Position numbers and translations under genes: made by a program
Assembly: GCA_038087875.1 (NCBI GenBank)
Contig: CM075990.1
Span: 14,014,001 to 14,078,000, forward strand
Source: Malacoraja senta
Lineage: Eukaryota
Reading direction: 5' to 3'
DNA length: 64,000 bases
Shown: in pieces, positions 12,224-25,231 of the stretch
Position numbering within the stretch: the first letter of the stretch is position 1
How the letters are laid out: every line of letters begins with the position of its first letter
The notes under the pieces: generated by a model
Seen by the model: only the letters and a program-made list of their open reading frames with translations
Database searches by the model: none
Told to the model about the DNA's origin: nothing

Positions 12224-12702
12224 TCTCCTTTAAATTAAAACTCTGTGTGTGGTGGCTGGCTGCCGCCTGCTTGACTTGTGTCAGCCAGCCCCTTTGATAC
12301 CATGCTACGCCAACACCGCACGCAGAAACGTCGATATTTTTTTCCATTTCGGTAGAGATTTCATTTTTCTTTACGATTAGCCACTCCTGATTACATATCG
12401 TCGTATTTATGTACACATTTTAAAATAAAATCCATCACCCCCCCCCCCCACTCACTCATTTTGTCTCCTCCAGCTGGTCACCCACCATAACGGCTGCTGT
12501 CGACCGCCTCTGCTCCGAAAACGACGGCATCTTTTTTTCGCTAGCGATTTTCACCCCGGGGTACGAATCACGTTCGGACTCTAAAACCACGGGTTCTGAA
12601 GCACGTTCAGTGTCCAGGGGTCTGAAGCACGTTCGGGATCTCACACCCCGGGGTCTTAAGCTCGTTCGGTGTCCAGACCCAACGGGTCTGCACTTGGTCT
12701 AG
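12224..12702 (+). mobile_element. Non-autonomous Helitron inserted in an old CR1 fragment
   Basis: 3' hairpin CAGACCC-AAC-GGGTCTG (12674-12690), 8-nt spacer, CTAG terminus (12699-12702) followed by T; A|TC at the 5' side (12223/12224). Internal ggtctgaagcacgttc-like subrepeats at about 12557-12672. Confidence 0.75.
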
Positions 12703-13291
12703 TCTCCTTTAAACCTTTCCAGTGCAATCCCGTCTTTCTTATAATGCGTTGACCAGAACTGCATGCAGTAGCAAACTGAAACATACAGTGCTACTCTTGC
12801 AGCATAGCCCCCTGAGGCATATGTGCTATGCTATAATAAAAACATTCCACGTGCATTTTTAGCCACCTTATTGACCTGTCCCTTTATATTTAAGGATCTG
12901 TGGGCATACTCTCCAACGTTCCTTTATTCATCCACACCGCTCGGTGTCTTACACTTTCGCAGAGGTCCCTTGGTTTGATGCATTAACACAAATTACATTT
13001 GATATTTTACTGCTGAGACTTTTTTGCAGTGTGAAAGTTTGTGTTCCTGTGATAAAAGGTACAGCCTACTCCCATTTGAGAGATCTCAGAACAGGACCTT
13101 ATGCTTAGAGATTGTGGCATTAATGCGACCGGGACCCTCCAACAAGAACCAGAAGCGATCACAGCAGGGTAAAAAAGATCAGAGAATGAGGATTCAGCTC
13201 ACCTCCATCGCCTCGCGACCAGTTCCTGCTTCTCTTCACATTTGTCTTGAAAATCTATATAATTGTTAGTGAGTTGCCCAAAAGGTTAACA

Positions 13292-13983
13292 AAACACAAA
13301 GTGCTGAAGGAACTCAGCAGGTCAGGCAGCATCTGTGGAGGGAATGGACATGACATTTTGGGTCAGAACCCTTCTTCAGACTTCCCTTGTCGAGCGAGTC
13401 TGAAGAAGGGTCCTGACCCGCAACCTCGTCTGTCCATTCCCTCCACAGATGCTGCCTGACCCAGCGAGTTCATAAGTTCATAAGTGATAGAAGCAGAATT
13501 AGACCATTCAGCCCATCAAGTCTACTCCGCAATTCAATCATGGCTGATCTATCTCTCCCTCCTAACCCCATTCTCTTGCCTTCTCCCCATAACCCCTAAC
13601 ACCCGTACAAATCAAGAATCTGTCTATCTCAGCCTTAACAATATCATTTGACTTGGCCTCCACAGCCTTCTGTGGCAATGAATTCCACAGATTCACCACC
13701 CTCTGAGTAAAGAATATCCTCCTCATCTCGGGTAGACAAAAGTGCTGGAGAAACTTTTACATCCTCCTCATCTCCTTTCTAAAGGAACATCTTTTAATTC
13801 GGAGGCTATGACCTCTGGTCCTAGACTCTCCCACTAGTGGAAACATCCTCTCCACATCCACTCTATCCAGGCCTTTCACTATTTGGTAAGTTTCAATAAG
13901 GTGCCCCCTCATCCTTCTAAACTCCAGAGTTCCTCCAGCACTTTGTGTTTTGTTGAAGATTCCAGCATCTGCAGTTCCTTGTG
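13292..13983. mobile_element. Palindromic PLE arm pair (variant C) split by a nested CR1 insertion
   Basis: - arm 13292-13382; + arm 13398-13470 resumes at 13928-13983; GAGTTC is present at both CR1 junctions. Confidence 0.8.
13471..13927 (-). mobile_element. CR1 LINE 3' end, itself carrying a 31-bp PLE micro-insertion
   Basis: cataagtt-type tail; ORF 13757-13996 LEFRRMRGHLIETYQIVKGLDRVDVERMFPLVGESRTRGHSL. Confidence 0.9.
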
Positions 13984-14596
13984 TTGCTGCCTGCAAAGGT
14001 TATTAGCAGCCATATAACTCACCCAATTCCACATTCACGTGGCCATTCTCACAGAGGAGCGGAAATGTTTAGCAAAACCTATGGTTCTGCTCAAACTAGG
14101 TTTATGAACATAAAAAGCACAAAAACCATCAGTGTCAACTGCTGCAGGATGATGAATGTCTGTTAAAAGCTCTACAGAATTGGGCCAAGCACATGCTTGC
14201 TTCCCTGTAAAAGCCTATTCATCTTTGGGTGAGGGTTCCTGCCACGGATTTCCCTCCACAGTTCACTCGTATCATTATGATACTCTTGAAACTGACATCA
14301 CTTACAAATGCCAGCCTTTGAATAAGGTTTTCGCCTCATGAATATTTAACTCTGCCACCCCTTGCTTTACTTTTTGTTTTGATATATTATATTTTATTAA
14401 CGGAGAAGAAACATCGCAAGGAGGAGGGAATGGTTCCCTTGGTTCCTGCTCAGCCTCTCTCCCAGGGATGCTGTGGAGGAGGGGAGGAAGAATATCAGAC
14501 AGCGTCCTCTCTCCTGTTTAGACCAGTATTATATAGGATAGGTGGCGCAGAGACTGCCGTCTCACTCTCACCCAGCTGACAATAGTGTTGTTCAAT

Positions 14597-14985
14597 CAGA
14601 CATCTATCGCAGTCGCTGCCTCAAAAAGGCTGCCAACATCATCAAAGACCCACACCATCCTGGTCACGCACTCATCTCACCATTGCCATCGGGAAGAAGG
14701 TACAGAAGCTTGAAATCTGGAACATCCAGGTTCAGGAACAGCTACTTCCCCACAGCCATCAGCCTATTGAACACGACATCAAACAAACTCTGAACAATAA
14801 CAGCCTATTGCACTTAATCTGTTTATTTATTGTGTATATATATGGTCTGTGTTATATAGACACACTGAACTTTTATCTCCCGTTCTGTATTATGTTTACA
14901 GATTCTGTTGTGCTGCAGCAAGCAAGTATTTCATTGTCCTATCTGGGACACATGACAATAAAACTCTCTTGACTCTTGACTTGAC
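14597..14985 (+). mobile_element. Rex1/Babar-clade LINE 3' end
   Basis: SRCLKKAANIIKDPHHPGHALISPLPSGRRYRSL...RFRNSYFPTAISLLN; aataaa and (cttga)n tail. Confidence 0.85.
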
Positions 14986-15720
14986 CAATATGTGCCGGGA
15001 TCTTTCACATCTATCCAGGGGAATATCCGGTTTAGCATCTCATCCACAAACCAGCACACCTTGACAACGCAACGCTCCCTCGGTACTGCAGGACAGCATC
15101 AACTTGGATTTCAGAGTGAGCCTTGAACCTGGAACACTGTGATTCAGCCACAAGAACACTAACAACTAAGCCCAGGCCCAGACAACAACACCCAATAAGT
15201 GCCAGGCAATGTGACAGATTCCTCCTGTCAGCACCAACCTTGCACAGTAATTATGAACCTCATTATTATTTTACCTGCCTGACTCGGCTGCAATCTTGGA
15301 TGAGCAGCAACAGTACCTCGTGCCCAGTGGATCCCAGTGGAGAAAGCCCGATGCAGTGTCAAACTCAGCATAAACTCACCGCCGCACACGACGCTGAGAT
15401 CTGCTTATGAATGATGTACCTGTGTCCTACAATGATCGCGCGTATGGCAATAAGCTTGACTTGACTTGACTTGACACTAGCCTCAGGTTATCTGAATAAA
15501 TCTTCCAATTTAAATAAAACAGCTTCGCTGCAATACAGTTTGAGGAAATAAAATTTTGATTATATATTTCACTTAATCATGATTTTCCCTCAGGGTGTGA
15601 ACCCCTATTCTTAGGCTAAACTCAGACTCGGTCTCCCTTTCTACCGCATGCTTCACAGTTCAAATCTAACCCCATTTTCATAAATCACACTCGGATCTGA
15701 TCCACATTTACCCAATGATA

Positions 15721-16333
15721 TTCAATTCAATTCAATTCCTTTATTGTCATCTTGCAAGCACCAGTTGTGCAGTGCAAAACGAAAAGACGTTTCCCAGGGA
15801 ATACCGGAGCATCGCACATGACATTTAAAACATTTCACACATAATAATAATAATGACAACACTAAAACAATCCAGTCCCTGATGGAACAGTATAAGTTAA
15901 AATAGATACAAACAACGTTAAAATACAGTAAGACCAATCATAAACATGTCCGGGGTGGCTGATTTGAGTGGCCAGTGCCAGTTATTGAAGTGGCCAGTGC
16001 CAGTTATTAAAGTGTCCGTGCCAAGCCGCAGAATCAGGTGACTGTGAGTACAGAGTGGCTGTTTAGCAGCCTCACAGCATATGGCAGGAAGCTGTTTAGC
16101 AGTCTCGTAGTCCGGGCTTTGATGCTGCGATATCTCTTGCCTGATGGCAGGAGATCCAGGTGTACGTGGAGGGGGTGCATTTTGTCCTTGGCAATTTTTT
16201 GGGCTTTTTTCCGACAGCGGCTCAGGAACAGTTCTTGTACCGAGGGTAGGGAGACGCCAATGATCTTCTCTGCTCCCCTCACTACCCTCTGCAGAGCCTT
16301 CCTGTCCAAGCAGTTGCAGGTTGAGTACCACGT
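15721..16333 (-). mobile_element. Rex1/Babar-clade LINE 3' end (second family)
   Basis: ORF 16034-16348 WYSTCNCLDRKALQRVVRGAEKIIG...LLPSGKRYRSIKARTTRLLNSFLPYAVRLLN; (attga)n tail. Confidence 0.88.
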
Positions 16334-16624
16334 ATATCCTCCATTCATTCCCTACACAGTAGGTTCAACATATGGCGGGCCAATTAAACTTTCTGTGGGT
16401 GCTCCGTTTTCCTCCCACACTCCAAAGATGTACAGATTTGTAGGTTATTTGGCTTCGCTAAAATTGTAAATTGTCCCTAGTATGTGTTAGTGTGCGGGGA
16501 TCGCTGATTGGCGTGGACTTGGTTGGCCAAAGGGCCTATTTCCACGCTTTATCTCTAAACTAAGCTAAAAAACTAAACTAATCCTTGAATATAGCAAAAT
16601 AAGTAGATGCTGGTGTTAGAAAAT

Positions 16625-17352
16625 GGGACACTGACCTTCATTAGTTGAGGGTAGACAAAAATGCTGGAGAAACTCAGCGGGTGAGGCAGCATCTATGGAG
16701 CGAAGGAATAGGTGACGTTTCTGGTCGAGACCATTGCTTCATTCATTGAGGCATTGAACACAGAAGTAGGGATGCTATGTTCTAACTCTACACCTCAGCT
16801 GGAGTACTGCGTGCAGTTCTGGCTGAACGCTATAGGAAGGAAGTGCTGGCTCTGCAGAGGATGTACAGGTGGTTTGCCAGGAGGTTGCCTGGGAAGATGC
16901 AGTTCAGTTATGAGGAGAGGCTGGAGAAGCTAGGTTGGTTCACCCTAGAGCAGAGGAGGTTCATTGGGGACATGATTGTGATATATAAAATTATGAGGGG
17001 TTGACAGATTACAGGAAAAGCCTCCCCATATTAGAGGCAGATAAAACTAGAGGACACATACATAGGTTAAGGAGGATAAGATGCAGAGGGGATTTGAGGA
17101 GGACATTCTTCATCCACAGTGTGGTCCTTCCTTCACATTTTACTCTTCAATAATGAACCTTGTCCCTTTTTCACAAACTATATTTAAGAGGGAGTTAGAT
17201 GTAGCCCTTGTGGCTAAAGGGATCAGGGGGTATGGAGAGAAGGCAGGTACGGGATACTGAGTTGGATGATCAGCCATGATCATATTGAATGGCGGTGCAG
17301 GCTCGAAGGGCCGAATGGCCTACTCCTGCACCTATTTTCTATGTATCTATGT
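16625..17352 (+). mobile_element. Composite CR1 fragments with a PLE arm inserted at about 16651-16736
   Basis: PQLEYCVQFW motif; younger CR1 3' end at 17180-17352; arm flanked by cttcattagttgagg / cttcattcattgagg. Confidence 0.75.
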
Positions 17353-17825
17353 ATGTATTCTCACAGCCAGATGGAGTCACATTTCAGCATCTTTTATCTG
17401 AAGGACGGTGCCTCTGTCTTGGGATGTAGAAATCAATGGCCTGTTAGTGATATCTTCCTACTCCCTCCCCCTTCCTCAAACTCAGCCATGCCTGACACAA
17501 TGTTCCTAAGCTTCAAGCTTGGGTTGTATATATATGTTCTTTACATTTCTGTGCTTACTGCAACCTTGTGGATTAAACCGCACTTACTTCACACACACGA
17601 GAATCTAAAATAAATAAAGTGAATTGAATAGAGCTGTTTGATTTGCAACAAGCATCCCAGGCAGGCATTGAGGTATTTGTCACAATATGGTGTGGGTGGT
17701 TAATTTTCTCATCCGAGGAATGTTATGTAGAAGCTGTAACTTTATCCCAGCCAGACGGGGTCACGTACTTCAAGGAACCAACTAGTTCACTTTGTTATTT
17801 GAGTCCATGTGAAATGAACAGACTA

Positions 17826-18250
17826 AATCAGAATCAGAATCTGAATCAGACTTTATTCGCCAAGTATGTTTTGCAACATACGAGGAATTTCATTGGCCAG
17901 GTCAGTCATACAATAAAAAGCAACAGATCACTCAAAAACACATATTAACATGAACATCCACCACAGTGACTCCTCCACATTCTTCACTGTGATGGAAGGC
18001 GAAATAAAGTTCAAGTCCCTTCTGTTCTTCCTCGGTCGTGGGCCTCGAGCCCCCGTTGACAGGATGATCTTGACTCCCGTAGCCGGCGGCATTCGTGCCC
18101 ACAATGTCGAGGTGATCAGCTCCCGCATCGGGGGGATGTCAGCTCCCCCGCGCCGGGCGATCGAACCTCGCGTCGGGGCTGGTCGAACCTTCCGCGACGT
18201 TGGAGCTCCCGACTCGGCCTCACCCGAGACTGCGAGCCCTTGATGTTGAA
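17826..18250 (-). mobile_element. Unclassified GC-rich non-coding retroposon
   Basis: Clear homology to 37184-37684; aataaa and (gattct)n tail. Confidence 0.75.
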
Positions 18251-19424
18251 GCTAATGCATATATTGCAGGTCCTTTTTTATGCCCCAGGGCACAGAAAGG
18301 GCATCAGAGATCGAGTGAAGGTTTCAGGCAGCACCATATATTATTGGAAATTGAATAAATGGGACTGAATATTGTGATTGATCAAGACTGGGTACTGTGA
18401 GGGGCAAAGCAGGAGATAAGATAAGGGGTATAAGCTTTACAGGAGATCTGAGGAGGAATTTTTTTTGCCCAGGGGACACTACCTGAGTGGATGCAATGGG
18501 CAGGCATTCTCACACCAGCAATTGAATTGCCAAGGTATAGAAGGCTACAGACCAAATGATGATAAATAGGTTAATTACAGAGAATTACTTGATTGTGAGC
18601 ATGGATATGGTGGGCTGAAGGACCTGTTTCTGCTCTACATCAGTTATTTCTTATCTACAGCAACTTGTATTGATACAGCTAAACATCCCAGGGCACATCA
18701 CAGGAGATAAATCAGATGATACGTGGACACATACAGATCATAAAGACTGCTGCAGAATAGTTGGGTTGAATTAACTGATTTTATGCCGTTAACTTTGCAT
18801 GGGTCGTATGCCAAACCAAAAGGGAAAACAGACGGGAGTGAGCAAACCTTTGATTAGAGAGGCGGGTTTTAAGGAAGGTCTCAACTGAAGGAAGGGAGTG
18901 AGTAAGAGAACGGATTCCAGGGATGCATTTGCATGTTTCAGCTACCCAGCTGATAGTCTGATGGTTAATAATGAGGCAGAGATCGGTGTGGAATATGAAA
19001 GTTGAAGAATGTTTGTGGAATGGAAATGTAGAGCTGGAGAAAGCTGTGCACTGGGGATGAGTTACGGCATGTAGTAACTTTAAGATGAGACATGTCTGTG
19101 TACAGTTTGTTCTCCTTGCCTGAGGGAGGATGTATTTTCCTTACAAGATGTGTAACGACAGTTATCTAAATTGATTTCTTGGCTTGAGAGACATGAACTT
19201 TGTGGAGAAGAGATATTCTTGCCCTGTGTGATCTACAATGTAGGGGAAGCTCACAAGGCCCTTGAAGATTTCCCACTTCTCCAATCCCCCACCCTCCATT
19301 CAATCAGTTCAATGTACCTGAGGTTCTCTTTCCTGCCCGATCCTATATCCCCTGATTACATCAGTACCCAAATATCCGGTGATTGCAACACTTCTTAAAC
19401 CACCCCGCCTCCAAACCCCCTCAC

Positions 19425-19700
19425 CTTTCTTCCGTTCGAGGGCCTGAAACATCGGGCCGACTGCGGAGGCCTCAATAGGCCCCGACCACGGGTGAACATA
19501 GAGGAAGATGACTGAACTTTGGTGCCTTCCCTCACAGTGGGAAACGTTGATTCCGCTGTGGGGGGGGGGGGGGGGGATGTTTTTTATGCTTAATGTTAAA
19601 TTCTCTACGTGTTGTGTTCATCTTATTTGTGCGCTGCCTGGTAACTCAAATTTCACTGCACCAATTGGTGTATGCGACAATAAATGTCCTTTGTCCTTTG
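19425..19700 (+). mobile_element. Unclassified retroposon related to the 17826/37184 family
   Basis: ttgaacttt..gccttcc..cacagtg-like block, aaatttcactgcacc..gacaataaa and (tcctttg)n tail. Confidence 0.55.
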
Positions 19701-20030
19701 TAATCATTTGCCCTTGGCATGTAGGTGAAAGAAAGAGTGTTACCAGTAAATATTTCATCAACGAGAAAACTTGGCTCATTTTTCCAAAATGTCTCCAGAT
19801 GTCTTGCGTACAATAAAGTATTTGCAATTCCACTGACTATTGTTATGTAGACAAACCCAGAGGACATTTTGCACACACAACCACCCACATGACATGCGTG
19901 AATAGTTACTAGCAGATGGGCTTTGAATTTTCCAGCAGAAATAAAAATGAAGCAGAGATACAATATGGGCTTTTGACATCATTATGACATTGCAGTGTAA
20001 AACAAGACAAGGTTTTGGTGTGTGTGACAA

Positions 20031-20318
20031 GTTTAGTTTAGAGATACAGTGTGGAGACAGGGCCTTCGGCCCACAGCGTCTGCACCAACCAGCGATCCCC
20101 GTACACTTATACTACACATATTGGGACAAGTTACAATGATACCAAGCCAATTAACCTATAAACCTGTACATCTTTGGAGTGTGGGAAGAAACCGGAGATC
20201 CTGGAGAAAATGTACGCATGTCACAGGGAGAACATACAAACCCCGTACAGACAAGCACCCGTAGTCAGGATCGAACCTGGATCTCTGGTGTTGTAACGTA
20301 GCAACTCTTCAGCTGCGA
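20031..20318 (-). mobile_element. HE1/V-SINE-like SINE
   Basis: (tttag)n tail, V-domain, ggatcgaacc B-box. Confidence 0.88.
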
Positions 20319-21027
20319 CTATTAGAAGGGAAATCACAATTAAGCACGGTTTATTCTTCTTTAAGTAGTACTCTTCCCTTTAACAGCCGGAGGATGGCTT
20401 GCTTTCACTTTTTATCGGAATGGACAAAGTGATTGAGTGCAATACTCTTTTAAAAATAAGCAGTAAAATGCTGGCCTGGATTATGCTTTGATGTCTCTGG
20501 AGTGGGTCTTGAACCCAAGACCTCCTGAGTCAGAGGCAGGGGAGTTCTGTCAGCTAAACCAAGCAGAAACACAGATTTAGGTCATAGGAGACTGTTCAGT
20601 GAGAAGGCAATGCTCGAGCAGTTTATGATCGTCATATAAACAGCACAGATTGCCTGCTAAATCCCCACTGTAACCTGCATGGGTCACTTAAGTGGAAGTG
20701 GTAGAATCATGAAGTAACACAGGACAAATGCTACTATTTGGTCCATGTGGTCAAAGTTAGTTTTTAATCCCCCCACTGGATTATATCCAGACTGAAATGT
20801 CATCCATGTGTAGGATTAGCAGATCTGAAATTACAAGAGAAAGTACTGAAAATATGAATGCAAATTCGTCCACTGAAATTCTGCTTCTCTTTCTGTGCAG
20901 AAACAGCCTGACCGACTGAGAAAGTCAAGTTGTGTAGACTTGGAGTGGGGCCATTCTTGATAATATTGGCACATTGCCAAGGGTTCTCAGCTTTAACTGA
21001 CGCATTGCCTTGGATGTTGGCCAGTAA

Positions 21028-21570
21028 CATAGAAACATGGGAAATAGGTGCAGGAGTAGGCCATTCGGCCCTTCAAGCCAGCACCGCCATTCAATGTGAT
21101 CATGGCTGATCATCCAAAATCAGTATCCCGTTCCTGCTTTTTGCCCCATATCCCTTGATTCCATTAGCCCTAAGAGCTAAATGTAACTCTCTCTTGAAAA
21201 CACCCAGTGAATTGGCCTCCACTGCCTTCTGAGGCAGAGAATTCCACAGATTCACAACTCTTTGAGTGAAATGTTTTTCCTCATCTCAGTCTTAAATGGC
21301 CTACCTCTTATTCTTAAACTGTGACTCCTGGTTCCAGACTGCCCCAACATGGGGAACATTTTTCTTGCATCTAGCCTGTCCAATCCCTTAAGAATTGTAT
21401 ATTTTTCTATAAGAATCCCTCTCATCCTTCTAAATTCCAGTGAATACAAGCCTTCGACCCATTCTTACATCAGTTGTCGGTCCCCCCCATCCAGGGAATT
21501 AATCTGGTGAGCCTACGCTGCACTCCAATGTACTGCAGTAGGACCTCCTTGCTCCTAAACTCAAATCTTC
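21028..21570 (-). mobile_element. CR1 LINE 3' end
   Basis: ORF 21252-21449 YSLEFRRMRGILIEKYTILKGLDRLDARKMFP; catagaaa-type tail. Confidence 0.88.
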
Positions 21571-23184
21571 AATGTACATTTGTAATGCTCCTTTAATGTT
21601 GAAAAAAATGTGTTCTGTGGAGTATCACAGTGGCTTAAACAAGACCTAAAGTAGTGCTGAGGCTCATGAGGAGAGTTTATATTGACAAACTTATACATTT
21701 CCGGGGATCTTTGAACATTTGTTGAAAAGAGGGGAAAGAGCTGGTTAACATTGTCTTAGAATGGGAAAACCTTTTAACGGGCATTATAATGCAGATAAAA
21801 TCAGAGTAAGTCGGATACCCATTGGGCATCCGACTGATTCTCTCAAGGCAAATCATACTTGACAAATTTAAGTGACCTTTTTTTAAAATACGTGATTGAG
21901 TGTTTTTGTAAATGGAAATAAGAAGATTTCAGAGGGCATTTGACATGGTTGTTCCCAGGAAAGCATGCTATAATAATTGAGACACACGGTACTAAATATG
22001 TTCCGAACGCCCGCCTGATGCCAGGGAACAATGATTGGGAGTAACGAGCTCTGGTGGGACCAGAGATGTTGACAGTTTTGTACCTTCGGGCTCAGTGGTT
22101 CGTGCAATTTCGAAAATAGAAACATCTCAAATGTATAAAATCTAAAATCTTATTGCAGACAAGCTGTAGAACAGCTATCCTGTGTTCAGCGTGTTATGTT
22201 GGGGATTTTGCACTGACTGGTTGACGTTTATCTGCATCTTTTCAGAAGATCATGAAAGGACCTGATTTCCTAACACCACTTTTGCAGGCTAACTATTTAC
22301 AGTTTGGACCTACAGTCCTGGCCAGTGAGTGAGGTAACTACACGAAGGTTTGAAGGACATTAACTATTAAACGTTGGGTTGAGAGAAAATGAAAGCATTT
22401 TGAACCAATACATTTGTCGCTCATGTAGAATGCTGGAAAACCATCCTCAGAGAAACAAGGTGGCAATCTAGCTGTTTGGCAGATTCAGCTCAAAGAGCTT
22501 CTAGTGAGACCAATGCTAACTGGTTACAGCAAATGTTTGTATGTTAACCCCCTTGTTGACAATTTGAAGATCGCCAGTGTAACTCCTTCAGTGACCATGC
22601 ATGGTTCTGAAGTGTGAATATTGCCCGGCTGGTAATCTTGAACTAATGATCCAGAGAAAGAACGTTCAAATTTCAAAACACCAGCTTGGGATTTGAATTC
22701 AGTAAAATTAAATAAATCTGGTATCACTGGTTAAAGTCATTGAGTTGTAGAGAGATACAGCACGGAAGCAGGTCTTTTGGCCCACTGAATCAACCACAGT
22801 TGACACTAAAGCTGCCTTAGAACCCTTTTCTCTGTGCCATTTCACAAAAGCTTTTCACTGTACCTCGGTGCACGTGTCAATAAACAAAGCTGAACGGAAC
22901 TATTTTTGATTGCCCCCATATTATCATTAGTTCTCTACAGATTTGATACTCCTTCGTAAATTAGGAAAAATGTTTGTGGCCAACTAACCAGCTGTGTCTT
23001 TTGAATGTGGGAGGAAACTGGAGCACTCAGAGTAAACCAGTAAAGTCACATGGAGAACCAGGAACAGGATCGAACACGAGGTCTCCAGTGCGGTGAGGTA
23101 GAGGCTCTATTAGCCACATCATTGTGACCCCCCTCGAAGCAACCAACCAAGTCAATCTGTTGCACCAAACTTTAACAAGGTAAG

Positions 23185-24260
23185 CTGGGGAAGTGGGCCT
23201 AGATGGAATTTAACTCGGACAAGTGTGAGCTGTTGCATTTTGGTAAATAAATGGTTGGGCTCTGGAGAATGTTGTGGAGCGGAGGGACCTTGGGGGGTGC
23301 AAATATAGAATTTGGCAACACAAGTAGACAGGGTGGTGAAGAGGTGGTTTGGCAGACTTGCCTTCATCCTCCAGGATGCTTAGCGTGGGAGTCGCAATGT
23401 TATTTTGCAACTGTACGAGTTGTTGGTGAGACCAGACTGTGAGGAGTGAGCACAGTTATGGTCACCCAGGATGTATGTGAGACAGCCGGGCTTGAGGTAT
23501 AAGATGAGGCTGGATAGGTTGGGATTTATATTCCCTGGAACATAGAAAGTTGAGGATTGATCTTGCAGAGGAATATAAAAGCATGAGGGGTATGGATAAG
23601 GTGGATGGCCACGGTCTTTTTCTCAGGGTGGGGAAGTCTTAAACAAAACGGCATAGATTTAAGGGGAGGGGAAAAGATTTAAAAGGGACCAGAGGGGATG
23701 ATGATGATGATGATGATGATGATGGATTGGATTTATATAGCGCCTTTCTAATACCCAAGGCGCTTTACATCGTATTATTCATTCACTCCTCAGTCACACT
23801 CGGTGGTGGTGAGCTACTTCTGTAGCCACAGCTGCCCTGGGGCAGACTGACGGAAGCGTGGCTGCTAATCTGCGCCTACGGCCCCTCCGACCACCACCAA
23901 TCACTCACACACATTCACACACACACACATTCACACGCAGGCAAAGGTGGGTGAAGTGTCTTGCCCAAGGACACAACGACAGTATGCACTCCAAGCGGGA
24001 TTCGAACCGGCTACCTTCCGGTTGCCAGCCGAACACTTAGCCCATTGCGCCATCTGTCATGGATGAGTATATGGAACAAGCTGTTAAAGGATCATACAGA
24101 GGAAGGTACATTTGCAATGTTTAAATGAATTTGGACATTTTATATCCATGGATATAAAAGGTTCAGAGATATGAGCCGGTCGATGGGACTGGATCAAATA
24201 GACAACTTGGTCGGCATGGATGAGTTGGGCCGATGGGTCTGTTTCAAGCTGTGTTACTAT
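23185..24260 (+). mobile_element. Degraded CR1 fragment interrupted by a CORE-SINE
   Basis: atggaatttaactcggacaagtgtgagctgttgcattttgg (MEFN..KCE..HFG); CR1 tail resumes after 24060. Confidence 0.75.
23697..24058 (-). mobile_element. tRNA-derived CORE-SINE with L2-type tail, teleost-like
   Basis: A-box TGGCGCAATGG (24042-24052), B-box GGTTCGAATCC (23998-24008), CORE-like GTGTCCTTGGGCAAGACACTTCACC, tail GAAAGGCGCTATATAAATCC then (ATC)n. Confidence 0.85.
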
Positions 24261-25031
24261 GATAAAATAACCAGTTCTTGTTCCAGTATGCCGGGAATGT
24301 CTTCAACACAGACTGCAGCAGTTCTTTAAACTGGCTCATCATCCCCTTCTCAATGTCAATTACAAATGGACACCAAACACTCTACTTGATGTGGAGGACC
24401 AATCGCATGAGTGAGGAGAACAAAGGCACAGTGCAATGCAGTCCCGACCCAAATGCTATTTGTCCGTTTCTCTATTAAATGCTGCCTGGCCTGCTGAGCC
24501 TCTCCAGCACTTTCATTTTTCCTTGACATATTGCAGTCTCCGGCCACAGTGCAACTGTGATGAAATGAACATATTAGGAACATTGAGCTGTAGGTAAAAT
24601 CCTGTCAATGTCTCAGATCTGAACGTCATGGAGGGCCATAACAAGAGTCGATACCCTCGCATCCATTTTGCATTCAAGGCTCGAGATGAGTTTCTATCCT
24701 GAGATTCCTCTTTTAATTTTAGCAAGTATGAGCAGCATCTCATTAAAGGAATTAGTTTTGATAAACCTAATACCCAGTAGTTTTTGGCATTGTTCTTGAT
24801 CGGTGTGCATTTTAACAACACCTGCTGTTCATGATCACTGTGATTGTCTGCCTTACAACATCATCCTGTTTTGAATTCTCTTTCACGTATAGCGATTTAT
24901 GGCAGGCCAACTATTAATTGGGAATGTGAGACTGAAATATTTTTCTTAAGTAAGGACCCCAACGGATATGAAGTCACAGATGAACTACAATCATGTTGAA
25001 TGGTTCAATGAACTTGAACACAAGGTCACAA

Positions 25032-25231
25032 NNNNNNNNNNNNNNNNNNNNNNNNNNNNNNNNNNNNNNNNNNNNNNNNNNNNNNNNNNNNNNNNNNNNN
25101 NNNNNNNNNNNNNNNNNNNNNNNNNNNNNNNNNNNNNNNNNNNNNNNNNNNNNNNNNNNNNNNNNNNNNNNNNNNNNNNNNNNNNNNNNNNNNNNNNNNN
25201 NNNNNNNNNNNNNNNNNNNNNNNNNNNNNNN
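25032..25231. other. Assembly gap, 200 N
   Basis: Run of exactly 200 N; a round size typical of a scaffolding join. Confidence 0.99.
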
